This document shows, piece by piece, positions 1 through 8,724 of a stretch of DNA of 26,322 bases. Below the pieces are notes generated by a model that saw nothing but the letters and a program-made list of their open reading frames with translations, was not told where the DNA came from and did not search any database. The position numbers and the translations under genes were made by a program. The stretch lies in the NCBI GenBank assembly GCA_027050205.1, contig JALUCS010000122.1:1-26322 (forward strand), in the 5' to 3' direction. Each line of letters begins with the position of its first letter. Positions within the stretch are counted from its first letter, which is position 1. Source of the DNA: a candidate division WOR-3 bacterium (GTDB taxonomy: Bacteria > Hydrothermota > Hydrothermia > LBFQ01).

Positions 1-395
1 ACGTGGCCGGACACCGCCTCGGTACCTACGAGATAGAGTCCGCCATAGTGGAGCATGAGGCCGTCAGCGAGGCCGCCGTCGTTGGCGTCCCGGACGAGGT
101 GAAAGGTGAGGTACCCGTGGCCTTCGTCGTCCTGAAGGAGGGCGTCCAGCCCTCCGAAACCCTCACCAAGGAGATAAAGGGGATGGTCCGGGAGCTTCTT
201 AGCCCCATAGCCGTACCCAAAGAGGTCGTCTTCGTCTCCAAGCTGCCCAAGACGAGGTCCGGGAAGATAATGCGCCGCCTCCTCAAGGCCGTCTTCCTCG
301 GCAAACCCCTTGGCGATATAACCACCCTTGAGGACGAGGCCTCCGTGGAGGAGGTGAAGAGGGCCTACGAGCATCTGAAGGGGGAGATGGGGTAG
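1..395 (+). CDS. acs: acetyl-CoA synthetase / acetate--CoA ligase, C-terminal fragment (5' end outside window)
   Basis: [26 protein letters not shown] and [14 protein letters not shown] motifs of the AMP-binding C-terminal domain; GDITTLED tail typical of AcsA. Confidence 0.9.
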   Translation, partial: VAGHRLGTYEIESAIVEHEAVSEAAVVGVPDEVKGEVPVAFVVLKEGVQPSETLTKEIKGMVRELLSPIAVPKEVVFVSKLPKTRSGKIMRRLLKAVFLGKPLGDITTLEDEASVEEVKRAYEHLKGEMG

Positions 396-397
396 CC

Positions 398-1465
398 TCA
401 CACCATCTGCCTCAAGATGGCGTCAAAGAGGTGGAGGTACTCCACCTTTACCCCTACCTTACCTTCCCTGATCTCAAGGAAGGCGGAGAGGGCCTTGAGC
501 CGCTCCTCGCCGTACTCCCTGACGTACCAGGCGAGGGGTAGGTTGCCCGTACGGAGGCCGAGGAAAACCCTCTCCGTCTTCTCCCCTTCGGGGGTGAGGG
601 GGTCGTACTCCCGCGGCGGTGGAAACTCCCTCAAGTAGCGGCTTAGGGAGGGTAAGTTCGTGTATCTCAACCTCTCCTCCGGGATGAAGGAGGAGGCCGA
701 AGGGCCGAAACCCTTGTACCACTCCCTCCGCCAGTATATGCGGTTGTGGATGCTCTCGTACCCCGGTAGGGCGAAGTTGGAAAGCTCGTACCTGCGGTAG
801 CCGAAGGCCGTCAGGACCTCCTCCCTTAGGAGGAAGAACCCCTGCAGGTCTTCCCTCTCCTTGAACCGCCCCTTCCTCAAGTAGTACCCGAAGAGCGTCC
901 TCTCGTGAAACTCAAGGGCGTAGGCGGAGACGTGCTGCACACCGAGCTTGACAAGGGTCAGGAGGTCATCCTCAAACTCCCGGAGGGTCTGGCCCGGATA
1001 GGCGAATATGAGGTCGGCGTTCGTCGCAAAGCCGTAGGATAGGGCATTGAGGATGGCCCTTATACCCTCCTCCGGGGTGTGCCACCTGCCGAGGACCTTT
1101 AATCCCCTCTCGGAGAAGGTCTGGACACCGATGCTTATGCGGTTTATTCCGAGGCTCCTCCACGCCCGGAGGTTCTCCGGGGTGACGTCCTCCGGATTGG
1201 CCTCAAGGGTTATCTCAAGGGGAACCACCCTGTAGGCCCGGTAGATCGCCTTGAGGATCCTACCGAGTTGGGAGGGTTTTAAGAGGCTCGGCGTCCCCCC
1301 TCCAAAGAAGACGGTATTCACAACCCCACCGTCGGCCTCGTAGCCTATCTCCCTTATGAGGGCGAGGACGTACTCCTCCGGAACCTCCTTAGAGCGCCTG
1401 CGGTAGAAGTCGCAGTACGGACAGATACGGCGACAGTAGGGAACGTGAACGTACAGCCCCCTCAA
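398..1465 (-). CDS. hemW: radical SAM heme chaperone HemW (HemN-like)
   Basis: LYVHVPYC, CxxxCxxC (CRRICPYC), FGGGTPS, EANP, RISIGVQTF, YELSNFA and HNxxYW motifs. Confidence 0.88.
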   Translation of the reverse strand: MRGLYVHVPYCRRICPYCDFYRRRSKEVPEEYVLALIREIGYEADGGVVNTVFFGGGTPSLLKPSQLGRILKAIYRAYRVVPLEITLEANPEDVTPENLRAWRSLGINRISIGVQTFSERGLKVLGRWHTPEEGIRAILNALSYGFATNADLIFAYPGQTLREFEDDLLTLVKLGVQHVSAYALEFHERTLFGYYLRKGRFKEREDLQGFFLLREEVLTAFGYRRYELSNFALPGYESIHNRIYWRREWYKGFGPSASSFIPEERLRYTNLPSLSRYLREFPPPREYDPLTPEGEKTERVFLGLRTGNLPLAWYVREYGEERLKALSAFLEIREGKVGVKVEYLHLFDAILRQMV

Positions 1466-1485
1466 GGGTGTATTCTAAGCGGAAC

Positions 1486-1509
1486 AAAAAAAAGGCCCCT
1501 TCCGGGGCC
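1486..1509 (-). terminator. intrinsic terminator after tRNA-Tyr
   Basis: Minus strand GGCCCC-GGAA-GGGGCC hairpin followed by T8, 3 nt downstream of the tRNA. Confidence 0.88.
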
Positions 1510-1512
1510 AAG

Positions 1513-1595
1513 TGGTGGGGGAGGGATTTGAACCCCCGAAGGCTTACGCCACCGGGTTTACAGCCCGGCCCCTTTGGCCGCTCGGGTACCCCACC
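1513..1595 (-). tRNA. tRNA-Tyr(GTA)
   Basis: Acceptor stem GGTGGGG/CCCCACC, anticodon arm CCGGG-CTGTAAA-CCCGG, long variable arm, GGTTCAAATCC T-arm, discriminator A; CCA not encoded. Confidence 0.96.
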
Positions 1596-1605
1596 GCGAG
1601 TGCCT

Positions 1606-1611
1606 ATTATA
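1606..1611 (-). promoter_or_regulatory. -10 box (TATAAT) for tRNA-Tyr; a second (TAAAAT, 1725-1730) precedes tRNA-Ser
   Basis: Consensus hexamers 10 and 13 nt upstream of the mature tRNA 5' ends. Confidence 0.6.
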
Positions 1612-1621
1612 GGCGGGAAAG

Positions 1622-1711
1622 CGGAGAGGGAGGGATTTGAACCCTCGGTCCCCCGTTCAGGGGGACACGCGATTTCCAGTCGCGTCCCTTCGGCCGCTCG
1701 GGCACCTCTCC
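1622..1711 (-). tRNA. tRNA-Ser(GGA)
   Basis: Acceptor stem GGAGAGG/CCTCTCC, anticodon arm CGCGA-CTGGAAA-TCGCG, long variable arm, T-loop TTCAAAT, discriminator G; CCA not encoded. Confidence 0.96.
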
Positions 1712-1793
1712 GTTTGAGGAGTGTATTTTAAGGCTGAACGGGGGGCGTGTGGGATGCCTGAAGACCCATCAACCGGGAATAGAATTTCCACCT

Positions 1794-2468
1794 ATGCGTA
1801 GGTTGATTCTGCTGGTCGGGGTGGCGATGTTGGTATCGTGCGGTGGAAAGGAAAAGGAGAAAGAGACCTCCGCATCCCCCAAGAAAGGGACCTACACCGT
1901 CCTTATGCAGGCGGGGAACGTCTACCGCCGTATGGAGGTTAAGGCGGACAGGCTCCGCCGTTTTCCCTTCTACTTCACCCTGAAGGATCAGGACGGCAGG
2001 GAGATTAACCTGGCCGACCTCAAGGGTAAGATCCTCGTCGTCGGATACATCTACACCCACTGCCCGGATATATGCCCCTTCATCACGGACAACATGAAGC
2101 GGATCCAGAAGAAGATAAACGCTAACCCCGACCTCAAAAATCGGGTGGTCTTCCTAAGCATAACCTTTGACCCGAAGAGGGACACACCCCCTGTCCTGAA
2201 GGAGTACGCCAAACTCTACAAGGTGGACGAGAGCAACTGGCACTTCCTGACCGGGGACACCACGATAACGGATAGCATAATGAAACTGATGGGCATAGAG
2301 TACAGCATCCGCCCCGTCCCGGAGAGGAACACCTACTTCATAGACCACACCGACCGTATCCACGTCATAGACCCCAACGGCTTCGTGCGGGGCTACTTCG
2401 TCGGCAGCAGGGTGGAGCCGGACTCCGTCGTCCGGTTCGTCTCCGAGATAGCCAAGGGACAGGTTTAG
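1794..2468 (+). CDS. SCO/SenC-family copper-chaperone lipoprotein
   Basis: Lipoprotein signal MRRLILLVGVAMLVSC, CxxxC (YTHCPDICP), SITFDPKRDTP, conserved His (IDHT). Start moved to ATG 1794, 8 nt after TAGAAT (1780-1785). Confidence 0.9.
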   Translation: MRRLILLVGVAMLVSCGGKEKEKETSASPKKGTYTVLMQAGNVYRRMEVKADRLRRFPFYFTLKDQDGREINLADLKGKILVVGYIYTHCPDICPFITDNMKRIQKKINANPDLKNRVVFLSITFDPKRDTPPVLKEYAKLYKVDESNWHFLTGDTTITDSIMKLMGIEYSIRPVPERNTYFIDHTDRIHVIDPNGFVRGYFVGSRVEPDSVVRFVSEIAKGQV

Positions 2469-3682
2469 AGGGCGGCTCCCACCGGAAGCATCTCCGCGAG
2501 GAGTACCCCCGTATCCCTATCCTCCCTCACCTTTACGGGTACTATTTCACCGACCCACCCCTCACCACCGAGGAAGGCCACCTTCAGGTAGTTCTCCGTC
2601 GTACCGTAGAGCATCCCGCCTTCGGCCTTCTCCACGTAGGCGTTCAGGACCCTACCGAGGAACCTCCTCCTGTAGGCCCGCCTCTTCTCGGCTATGAGGC
2701 TCTGGAGCCTCCTCATCCTCTCCTTCCTCTTGGGAGCGGGGACCTCCTTGAGGCCGTAGGCGGGGGTACCCGGACGGGGGGAGTACTCAAAGGCGTGGAC
2801 GTACGCGAAGGGGTAGGCCTCTATCAGGCTAAGGGTCTGGGCGAAGTCCCCGTCCGTCTCCCCAGGGAATCCGACGATGACGTCCGTACCTACGGCCATG
2901 TCGGGGTTGAAGGAGTAGATGAGCCTTAGCTTTCGCTCGTAGAAGTCGCGGGTGTAGGGTCTGGCCATAGAGCGGAGGAGGGGGTCGCTCCCACTCTGGA
3001 CGGAGACGTGGAGGTGGGGGCATACGTTCGGACGGCTCACCATCACCCTAAGGAGCTTTTCGGTTATGTGGACGGGGGATATGGAGGATATGCGGAAGCG
3101 CACGTTCGGGTACCTCTCCGTCAGGATGGCGAGGAGGTCGGCGAGGTCCATACCCCACTCCCTCCCCCAGTCCCCTATCTGGGTACCGGTCAGGGTTATC
3201 TCCTTGGTTATGGCGGAGAGCCTTTCGGCCTCCGTCAGGATCCTCTCAAGGGGGATGCTCCGGGAACTGCCCCTGGCGAACCTTATTACGCAGTAGGTGC
3301 AGGCGAAGTCGCACCCCTCCTGAACCTTAAGTATCCCCCTCGCCCTCGTGAATGCGTCCAAGGGATGGACATCCCTCACACCGAAGTACCTCAAGGTCTC
3401 CTCTACGCTCCCGCTGAAATGGGCCTCCCCGTACGGGTTGAGCTTGGCGGCGCATCCGGTATATACGACCTCCTTGCCCCTCTTCAGGTGCCGTCTCACC
3501 TCCCTACGGCTCTCCCTCTCCGCCTTGTGAGTGACGGCGCAGGAGTTCACCACCACAACGTCCGCCTTCTCCGGGTCATCCACCACCTCGTACCCCACCC
3601 TCCGCAGTTGGCTCTTCAGGAACTCCGTATCGTACTGGTTGGTCCTGCATCCGAAGGTCTTGAAGTATATCCTCCTTCCCAA
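2465..3682 (-). CDS. mtaB: tRNA t6A37 methylthiotransferase MtaB (radical SAM, UPF0004 + TRAM)
   Basis: TFGCRTNQYD, NSCAVT, KVQEGCDFACTYC, DVIVGFPGETD, YSPRPGTPA. Start set at TTG 3682, 8 nt after TACAAT (3691-3696). Confidence 0.85.
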   Translation of the reverse strand: MGRRIYFKTFGCRTNQYDTEFLKSQLRRVGYEVVDDPEKADVVVVNSCAVTHKAERESRREVRRHLKRGKEVVYTGCAAKLNPYGEAHFSGSVEETLRYFGVRDVHPLDAFTRARGILKVQEGCDFACTYCVIRFARGSSRSIPLERILTEAERLSAITKEITLTGTQIGDWGREWGMDLADLLAILTERYPNVRFRISSISPVHITEKLLRVMVSRPNVCPHLHVSVQSGSDPLLRSMARPYTRDFYERKLRLIYSFNPDMAVGTDVIVGFPGETDGDFAQTLSLIEAYPFAYVHAFEYSPRPGTPAYGLKEVPAPKRKERMRRLQSLIAEKRRAYRRRFLGRVLNAYVEKAEGGMLYGTTENYLKVAFLGGEGWVGEIVPVKVREDRDTGVLLAEMLPVGAAL

Positions 3683-3748
3683 AGCCCTCAATTGTAAAGC
3701 CGAAACGGGGGAGGCCCCCCGAATCTTACAACTTTAAAATAGCCAATC

Positions 3749-4681
3749 TTGAAGGTCTCCGTCATCGTACCCGCCTACAACGAGCGCGAGAACGTCCTCC
3801 CCCTCCTGCGGGAGTTTGACGAGTTCTTCAAGAGGCACAACCTAACCGACTGGGAGGTCATTTACGTTGATGACGGCTCGGAGGACGGTACATACGAGGA
3901 GGCCCTGAAGTACGCCCCCCAGTTCCCCTTCCTGAAGGTCCTCAAGCACGCCCGCAATCTGGGGAAGACAGCCGCCATAATAACGGGGTTTGAGAACTCC
4001 TCCGGGAGATATGTGGCCATCTACGACGCCGACCTCCAGTTCGTCCCCGACGACATCCTCCGTATGGTGCAGCTGATGGAGAGCGAGGGGTACGACATCG
4101 TTACGGGTAGGAAGGTGGGGAAGTACGAGAAGGCCTTCGTTTCCAAGGTCTATAACACCCTCAACCGGTGGCTCTTCGGCGTCCCCGTCTCGGATATGAA
4201 CTCTATGAAGGTTATGAGGAGGGAGGTCCTTGAGGACATACCCCTCCGCAAGGAGTGGCACCGCTATATGGTGGCCCTCGCTTGGATGTACGGCTACTCG
4301 GTAGGGGAGATAGACATCACCCTTAGGCCCCGTAAGTACGGGCAGTCCAAGTACAGGGGGATAGGGAGGGTGTTCGTGGGGGTGGCGGACCTTCTGGCCG
4401 TATGGCTCTATACGACCTTCATACGGAAACCCCTCCTCACCTTCGGCAGCATCGGGACCATCTTCCTGACGGCCGGCCTGATAGTGGGGGGGGTGGGCAT
4501 CCTCCTCCGCCTTCAGGGACACGGCTACAGGCCTCTCCTCTTCCTCGTCGTCCTCCTCCTCATCGTTGGGACGATGTTCTGGATACTGGCCCTCCTCGGT
4601 GAGGTCGTGGCGTCCATATACGACGAGGTCCGAAAGCTAAGGCATATGCTCAAGAGGATGCGGGGCAGAAACCCCTTATAA
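3749..4681 (+). CDS. GT2 glycosyltransferase, polyprenol-phosphate glycosyltransferase (ArnC/DPM1-like) with two C-terminal TM helices
   Basis: VSVIVPAYNE, VDDGSED, DADLQ, RxxGxSKY motifs; hydrophobic C-terminal helices; TAAAAT 8 nt upstream. Confidence 0.88.
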   Translation: MKVSVIVPAYNERENVLPLLREFDEFFKRHNLTDWEVIYVDDGSEDGTYEEALKYAPQFPFLKVLKHARNLGKTAAIITGFENSSGRYVAIYDADLQFVPDDILRMVQLMESEGYDIVTGRKVGKYEKAFVSKVYNTLNRWLFGVPVSDMNSMKVMRREVLEDIPLRKEWHRYMVALAWMYGYSVGEIDITLRPRKYGQSKYRGIGRVFVGVADLLAVWLYTTFIRKPLLTFGSIGTIFLTAGLIVGGVGILLRLQGHGYRPLLFLVVLLLIVGTMFWILALLGEVVASIYDEVRKLRHMLKRMRGRNPL

Positions 4682-4691
4682 TACCTCCCTG

Positions 4692-5030
4692 ATGAGGATA
4701 AAAGCCGTTTCCTTTGCAGTACCGGTAGAGAGGTACGAGAAGGCCAAGGAGTACTTCCGCAAGCTGACGGGGGTTGAGCCGGAGGAGGAGGTCCTGAAGT
4801 TCCCGAAGATAAGGGTGGCCCGCTTTGAAGTGGGGGGCGCTACCTTGGAGGTTATGACACCTTCGGGTGAAGGCTCCCACATAGCCGGTTTCCTCAAGAG
4901 GCACGGCGGAGGAGTCGTATCCATAACCTTGGAAGGGGTAAAGGCCGAGAGGTTCGACGTCCCCCTTGAGGGAGGAGGCTTCCTCGCCCCGGAGTTCCTC
5001 GCCGGAACCGTCCTCAAGGTTGAGGGGTAG
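4692..5030 (+). CDS. VOC/glyoxalase-superfamily protein, methylmalonyl-CoA-epimerase-like but degenerate
   Basis: RVARFEVGGATLEVMTP and SHIAGFLKRHGGG resemble MCE; TATAAT 9 nt upstream. Confidence 0.65.
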   Translation: MRIKAVSFAVPVERYEKAKEYFRKLTGVEPEEEVLKFPKIRVARFEVGGATLEVMTPSGEGSHIAGFLKRHGGGVVSITLEGVKAERFDVPLEGGGFLAPEFLAGTVLKVEG

Positions 5031-6233
5031 TCAGGGACGGGCCAGGACGGGAGGGTTGAGCTTCCCGCTCCTGCGCATCATATCCTTGAGAGCCATAGCC
5101 CAGGGTTCGGTTTCATCGTACAGGAACGTACCGGAGTGTAGGGTGTATCGGAGGTTGGACGGGGCGAACCGGTACCTCTTGATGAACCGCATGTAGTCGT
5201 AGATGGTCTTCAGCGGCCGTGGGCTTCCGGGGAAGATCTGGGGAGCCATGGCCCTCAACCCCTCCATCCCGACGCTCCTCATAATAGCGAGTACGATCAG
5301 GGCCTTCCGTCTGGGGAGGTGTATCTCCTCCAATCCCTTAAGTAGCCTAACTTTACCTCCGAAGGATACGTAGATCTCCCGGTTTCTAACCTTCCGCATA
5401 TGCCACAGGAAACTGCTTAGGCCCATAAGCCCCTCGGGACATCGGCAATCGCACGTCTCGTCTAAGACGTGGGCGTTTACGATCCTTAGGAACCGTACGT
5501 ACTCCGGTATCTCCTCCTCCGTTACGCCCAAACTCGGATCAAACAGGCTGCCGAGTATCCTCCCGATGGTGTATAGGTACCTCTCCCCGTCGCTGTTGAA
5601 GTTGTTTAACATCACCTCGTAGGTCAGGGAATCCCCCTCCATAAGGGCCGTCATCATCCTCCCTACTATGGCCAGACGCTTGGAGAACGGATGAAAGAGG
5701 ACAAAGCGGAACCTACCCGGCTTAAAGATCTTAACGGCCGATATAACGTCCCCCCCTACCCCACGGTTTATACCGAGATAAACCTCCATAGGTCCCCTCA
5801 ACCTCTTTAGGATGCCCTCCGGTATAACGTACATCCTTCCCATCACCGTAAGTACCTGGACGTACATAGAGTGCATCAACTCCGGTGAAAACTCCTTCCG
5901 GATAAGTTCCTTGTTCTCCTCCAAGATCTCCAAGGCCGTACGGGTATCTCCCCTGTAGTAGAGGTGATAGTAAAACGACTCAAGGGGACTTTCGGGTTTC
6001 TTTAGAGGTTTCATGGCAAGGAAGTCCAACATAAATTGCAACCATCTTATATCTCTGTCATTTTCTCCAAAATGTTTGGTGTAAATTTTTAGATAGGTTT
6101 TCACTTTACCCAATTTCATATTGAAAAAGTAAAACAGCATAATGGCCTTAAGTCCATTTCTTATCGGAGAACCTCTCTTGATGGACTCGAGTACCTCCCT
6201 CTCCAATCTACGGAAGTCGTTATAATCCCACAT
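5031..6233 (-). CDS. hypothetical helical protein with possible C-terminal winged-helix (SARP/MalT-like) domain
   Basis: 400-aa ORF, TATAAT (6243-6248) 9 nt upstream; C-terminal IYVSFGGKVRLLKGLEEIHLPRRKALIVLAIM...IFPG pattern resembles SARP-type wHTH. Confidence 0.65.
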   Translation of the reverse strand: MWDYNDFRRLEREVLESIKRGSPIRNGLKAIMLFYFFNMKLGKVKTYLKIYTKHFGENDRDIRWLQFMLDFLAMKPLKKPESPLESFYYHLYYRGDTRTALEILEENKELIRKEFSPELMHSMYVQVLTVMGRMYVIPEGILKRLRGPMEVYLGINRGVGGDVISAVKIFKPGRFRFVLFHPFSKRLAIVGRMMTALMEGDSLTYEVMLNNFNSDGERYLYTIGRILGSLFDPSLGVTEEEIPEYVRFLRIVNAHVLDETCDCRCPEGLMGLSSFLWHMRKVRNREIYVSFGGKVRLLKGLEEIHLPRRKALIVLAIMRSVGMEGLRAMAPQIFPGSPRPLKTIYDYMRFIKRYRFAPSNLRYTLHSGTFLYDETEPWAMALKDMMRRSGKLNPPVLARP

Positions 6234-6302
6234 AACCTACGGATTATAAACGGGACCACCCCACCTATGGGGGGCGCCGGGACGACCGTAGAATACGCCG
6301 TA

Positions 6303-7256
6303 ATGGTGAGAATAGTCGGTCTTGGGGCGTACGCACCGGAGGGTAAGCTCTCCAACTCCGACTTTGAGAAGTTTATGGACACCGACGACGGATGGATAAC
6401 CAGTAGGAGCGGTATAAAGTTCCGCCACATCTCCTCCCCTGACGAGGTGACCTCCGACCTCGCCGTTAAGGCCTCCGAGAAGGCCCTCCGTAGGGCGGGC
6501 GTATCTCCCGAAGATCTGGATATGGTGATAGTGGCTACCTCCTCCCCGGACACCCTCACCCCCTCCACGGCCTGCATCACGGCCGCCAAGCTCGGAGCAG
6601 GTAAGGTCCCCTGCTTTGATATAAGCGCCGCCTGTCCCGGTTTCCTCTACGCCCTTGAGGTGGCCTCTGGACTCATCGGGACGGGTAGGTACAGGTACGT
6701 CCTCGTCGTAGGGGTGGAGTCCGGAACCAAGTTCATAGACTGGTACGATAGGGGTACCGCCGTCCTCTTCGGCGACGGCGCTGGGGCGGCCGTCCTCACC
6801 GAGGGCGATGGGGAGTACGGGATACTGGCCACCTACCTTCAAGGGGACGGAAGGCTTGGGAACCTCCTCAAGATAGAGGTCGGGGTAGCCTACCCTCCGG
6901 GAAGCTGGGGGGTGCGGATGAAGGGAAGGGAGGTCTTCAGGAACGCCGTACTGCAGATGGGGGAGGCCGCACTGGAGGCCCTCCGCAGGGCGGGGATGCG
7001 GGCGGAGGATATAGACTGGCTTGTACCCCATCAGGCCAACCTCCGTATCATAGAGGCGACACGGCAGCGGCTTGGCCTACCGCCCGAAAAGGTGTACGTG
7101 AATATAGGGGAGTACGGCAACACCTCCGCTGCTTCCATACCTCTGGCCTTAGACGAGATGATAGAGAGGGGCCTCCTCAAGAGGGGGGACAACGTCCTCG
7201 CCGTCTCCTTTGGAGCCGGCTTTACGTGGGCTTCGGCCCTCATAAGGTGGGGTTAG
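6303..7256 (+). CDS. fabH: 3-oxoacyl-ACP synthase III
   Basis: WITSRSGI, FDISAACPGF (catalytic Cys), LFGDGAGA, PHQANLRI, YGNTSAAS, FGAGFTW. Start ATG 6303, 8 nt after TAGAAT (6289-6294). Confidence 0.95.
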   Translation: MVRIVGLGAYAPEGKLSNSDFEKFMDTDDGWITSRSGIKFRHISSPDEVTSDLAVKASEKALRRAGVSPEDLDMVIVATSSPDTLTPSTACITAAKLGAGKVPCFDISAACPGFLYALEVASGLIGTGRYRYVLVVGVESGTKFIDWYDRGTAVLFGDGAGAAVLTEGDGEYGILATYLQGDGRLGNLLKIEVGVAYPPGSWGVRMKGREVFRNAVLQMGEAALEALRRAGMRAEDIDWLVPHQANLRIIEATRQRLGLPPEKVYVNIGEYGNTSAASIPLALDEMIERGLLKRGDNVLAVSFGAGFTWASALIRWG

Positions 7257-8724
7257 AGCGGCGACGGAAGGGTAGATACACGTACCAAAGGAAACCGAGG
7301 AGGGAGAGGAGGGGAGGTAAGAGGAAGCCGAAGGCTACAAATGGGGTTTTTCCTCGGTATACCGGCACATCCCCCACTATCACACCCCTCGTGTAGAGGG
7401 GAAGCTCCTTCAGCACCTTACCGTCGGCGTCTACGATGGCGGATATCCCCGTCTTCGCCGCCCTCACCATAGCCCTACCCGTCTCCACGCTGCGGAATAT
7501 GCCGAGGTAGTAATGCTCCTTAGGGCCGATGCTCCTACCGAACCACCCGTCGCTGGTTATCACCGCGAGGAGGTCCGCCCCCTCCCTGGCCAACCTCCAC
7601 CCTACGTAGGGGAATATGGACTCGTAGCAAATCATCACCCCCACCCTTATACCGTCGTAGGGGACGGGATGGAAACCCTCTCCCCTGCTGTAGTTCCCCT
7701 GTCCGAGGTTGATATCGCGGATAAACTGCGGGAGGTACTCGTAGAAGGGGTAGTTCTCACCGAAGGGGACGAGCCTCACCTTGTCGTAGTGTCCGACCAC
7801 CCGGAGGGAGGTATCCACCAGGACAGCCCGGTTGTAGAAACGGAGGCCACCCGGTCCCCTCTCCACACCGGCCGTACCGAAGAGGAAGGGGGCGCCCGTC
7901 TCCCTTACGATCCTCTCCACCCAGGTCCTCGCCCTCTTGGAGTACCTGTAGGCGCCGGGAAGGGCCGACTCCGACCCGAATACCATATCTACCTTTTTAC
8001 CCCGGAGCCGCCGCAGTAGGTAGGAGTATGCGGAGTCCACCTCTTGCCACTCCTTGGGGTCGTACGCGAGGCGGGGAAGAACGTTGGGCTGCAGTACGGC
8101 GACCCTCAACTTACCTACGGGCCTTCCGGGGGAATAGACGGCTCCCCAAACCAGTCCGAGGGCGAGGAGGAGGGCCACCCACAGCCACCGCCTAAGGTAG
8201 AGGAGGACCCCCACCAGTACGACGAAGAAGGATAGGAGATATACACTCCCTATGGCGGCGAGGGGGAGGAAGGGGGAACGGAGGAGGCTCTCGCCGAGGG
8301 GGGTCCAGGGGTAGGAGAGGTCCCCCAACATCTCCCCCCTCCAGAACTCCCACATCACCCATACGCTCGGTGCGAATACGGTCAGGGATAGGGGTCCGTC
8401 CATCCGCTTGACCGCCCACCCCCATAAGCCGTAGAGGAGGGATAGGGCTGAGGTCATTAGGAGAACGCCGAGGACGAGGAGGGGGCGGACGTACCCCGGT
8501 ACGTGGAGGTTCAGGATCCAAGCCGAGTGATACAACCAGTAGGGAAAAGCGATAGCGAAGGCTACGGCAAAAGGCCTGTGGCTCTCCCTGACCGCCCAGA
8601 TGTAGGTGGCCACACCGATGAAGGACAGAAAGGGTACAAAAAACGGGCCGTTCCCCAGAGTTAGGAGAACGGCCGATAGTATAGACAGGAGGGGGACCTT
8701 ACTTCTCGCTGGTAAGGTTGTCAA
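7240..8724 (-). CDS. lnt: apolipoprotein N-acyltransferase
   Basis: Multiple N-terminal TM helices, YPW, QPN, catalytic E (SESA), K (YDKVRLVPFGE), C (ICYES), DGWFG, RAAKTGIS; exact start uncertain. Confidence 0.92.
   Translation of the reverse strand: MTTLPARSKVPLLSILSAVLLTLGNGPFFVPFLSFIGVATYIWAVRESHRPFAVAFAIAFPYWLYHSAWILNLHVPGYVRPLLVLGVLLMTSALSLLYGLWGWAVKRMDGPLSLTVFAPSVWVMWEFWRGEMLGDLSYPWTPLGESLLRSPFLPLAAIGSVYLLSFFVVLVGVLLYLRRWLWVALLLALGLVWGAVYSPGRPVGKLRVAVLQPNVLPRLAYDPKEWQEVDSAYSYLLRRLRGKKVDMVFGSESALPGAYRYSKRARTWVERIVRETGAPFLFGTAGVERGPGGLRFYNRAVLVDTSLRVVGHYDKVRLVPFGENYPFYEYLPQFIRDINLGQGNYSRGEGFHPVPYDGIRVGVMICYESIFPYVGWRLAREGADLLAVITSDGWFGRSIGPKEHYYLGIFRSVETGRAMVRAAKTGISAIVDADGKVLKELPLYTRGVIVGDVPVYRGKTPFVAFGFLLPPLLSLLGFLWYVYLPFRRRSNPTL

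Noticed and set aside
1513..1711. tRNA-anchored prophage or genomic island
   Set aside because: No integrase and no duplicated tRNA 3' end seen; flanking genes are housekeeping
1468..1731. 87-aa plus-strand ORF
   Set aside because: Antisense to two tRNA genes and a terminator
6237..7031. Long antisense ORFs (e.g. 6237-7031, 3008-3697, 3842-4522, 19558-20382, 23206-23934)
   Set aside because: Shadow frames of well-supported genes, expected at high GC; no recognisable motifs
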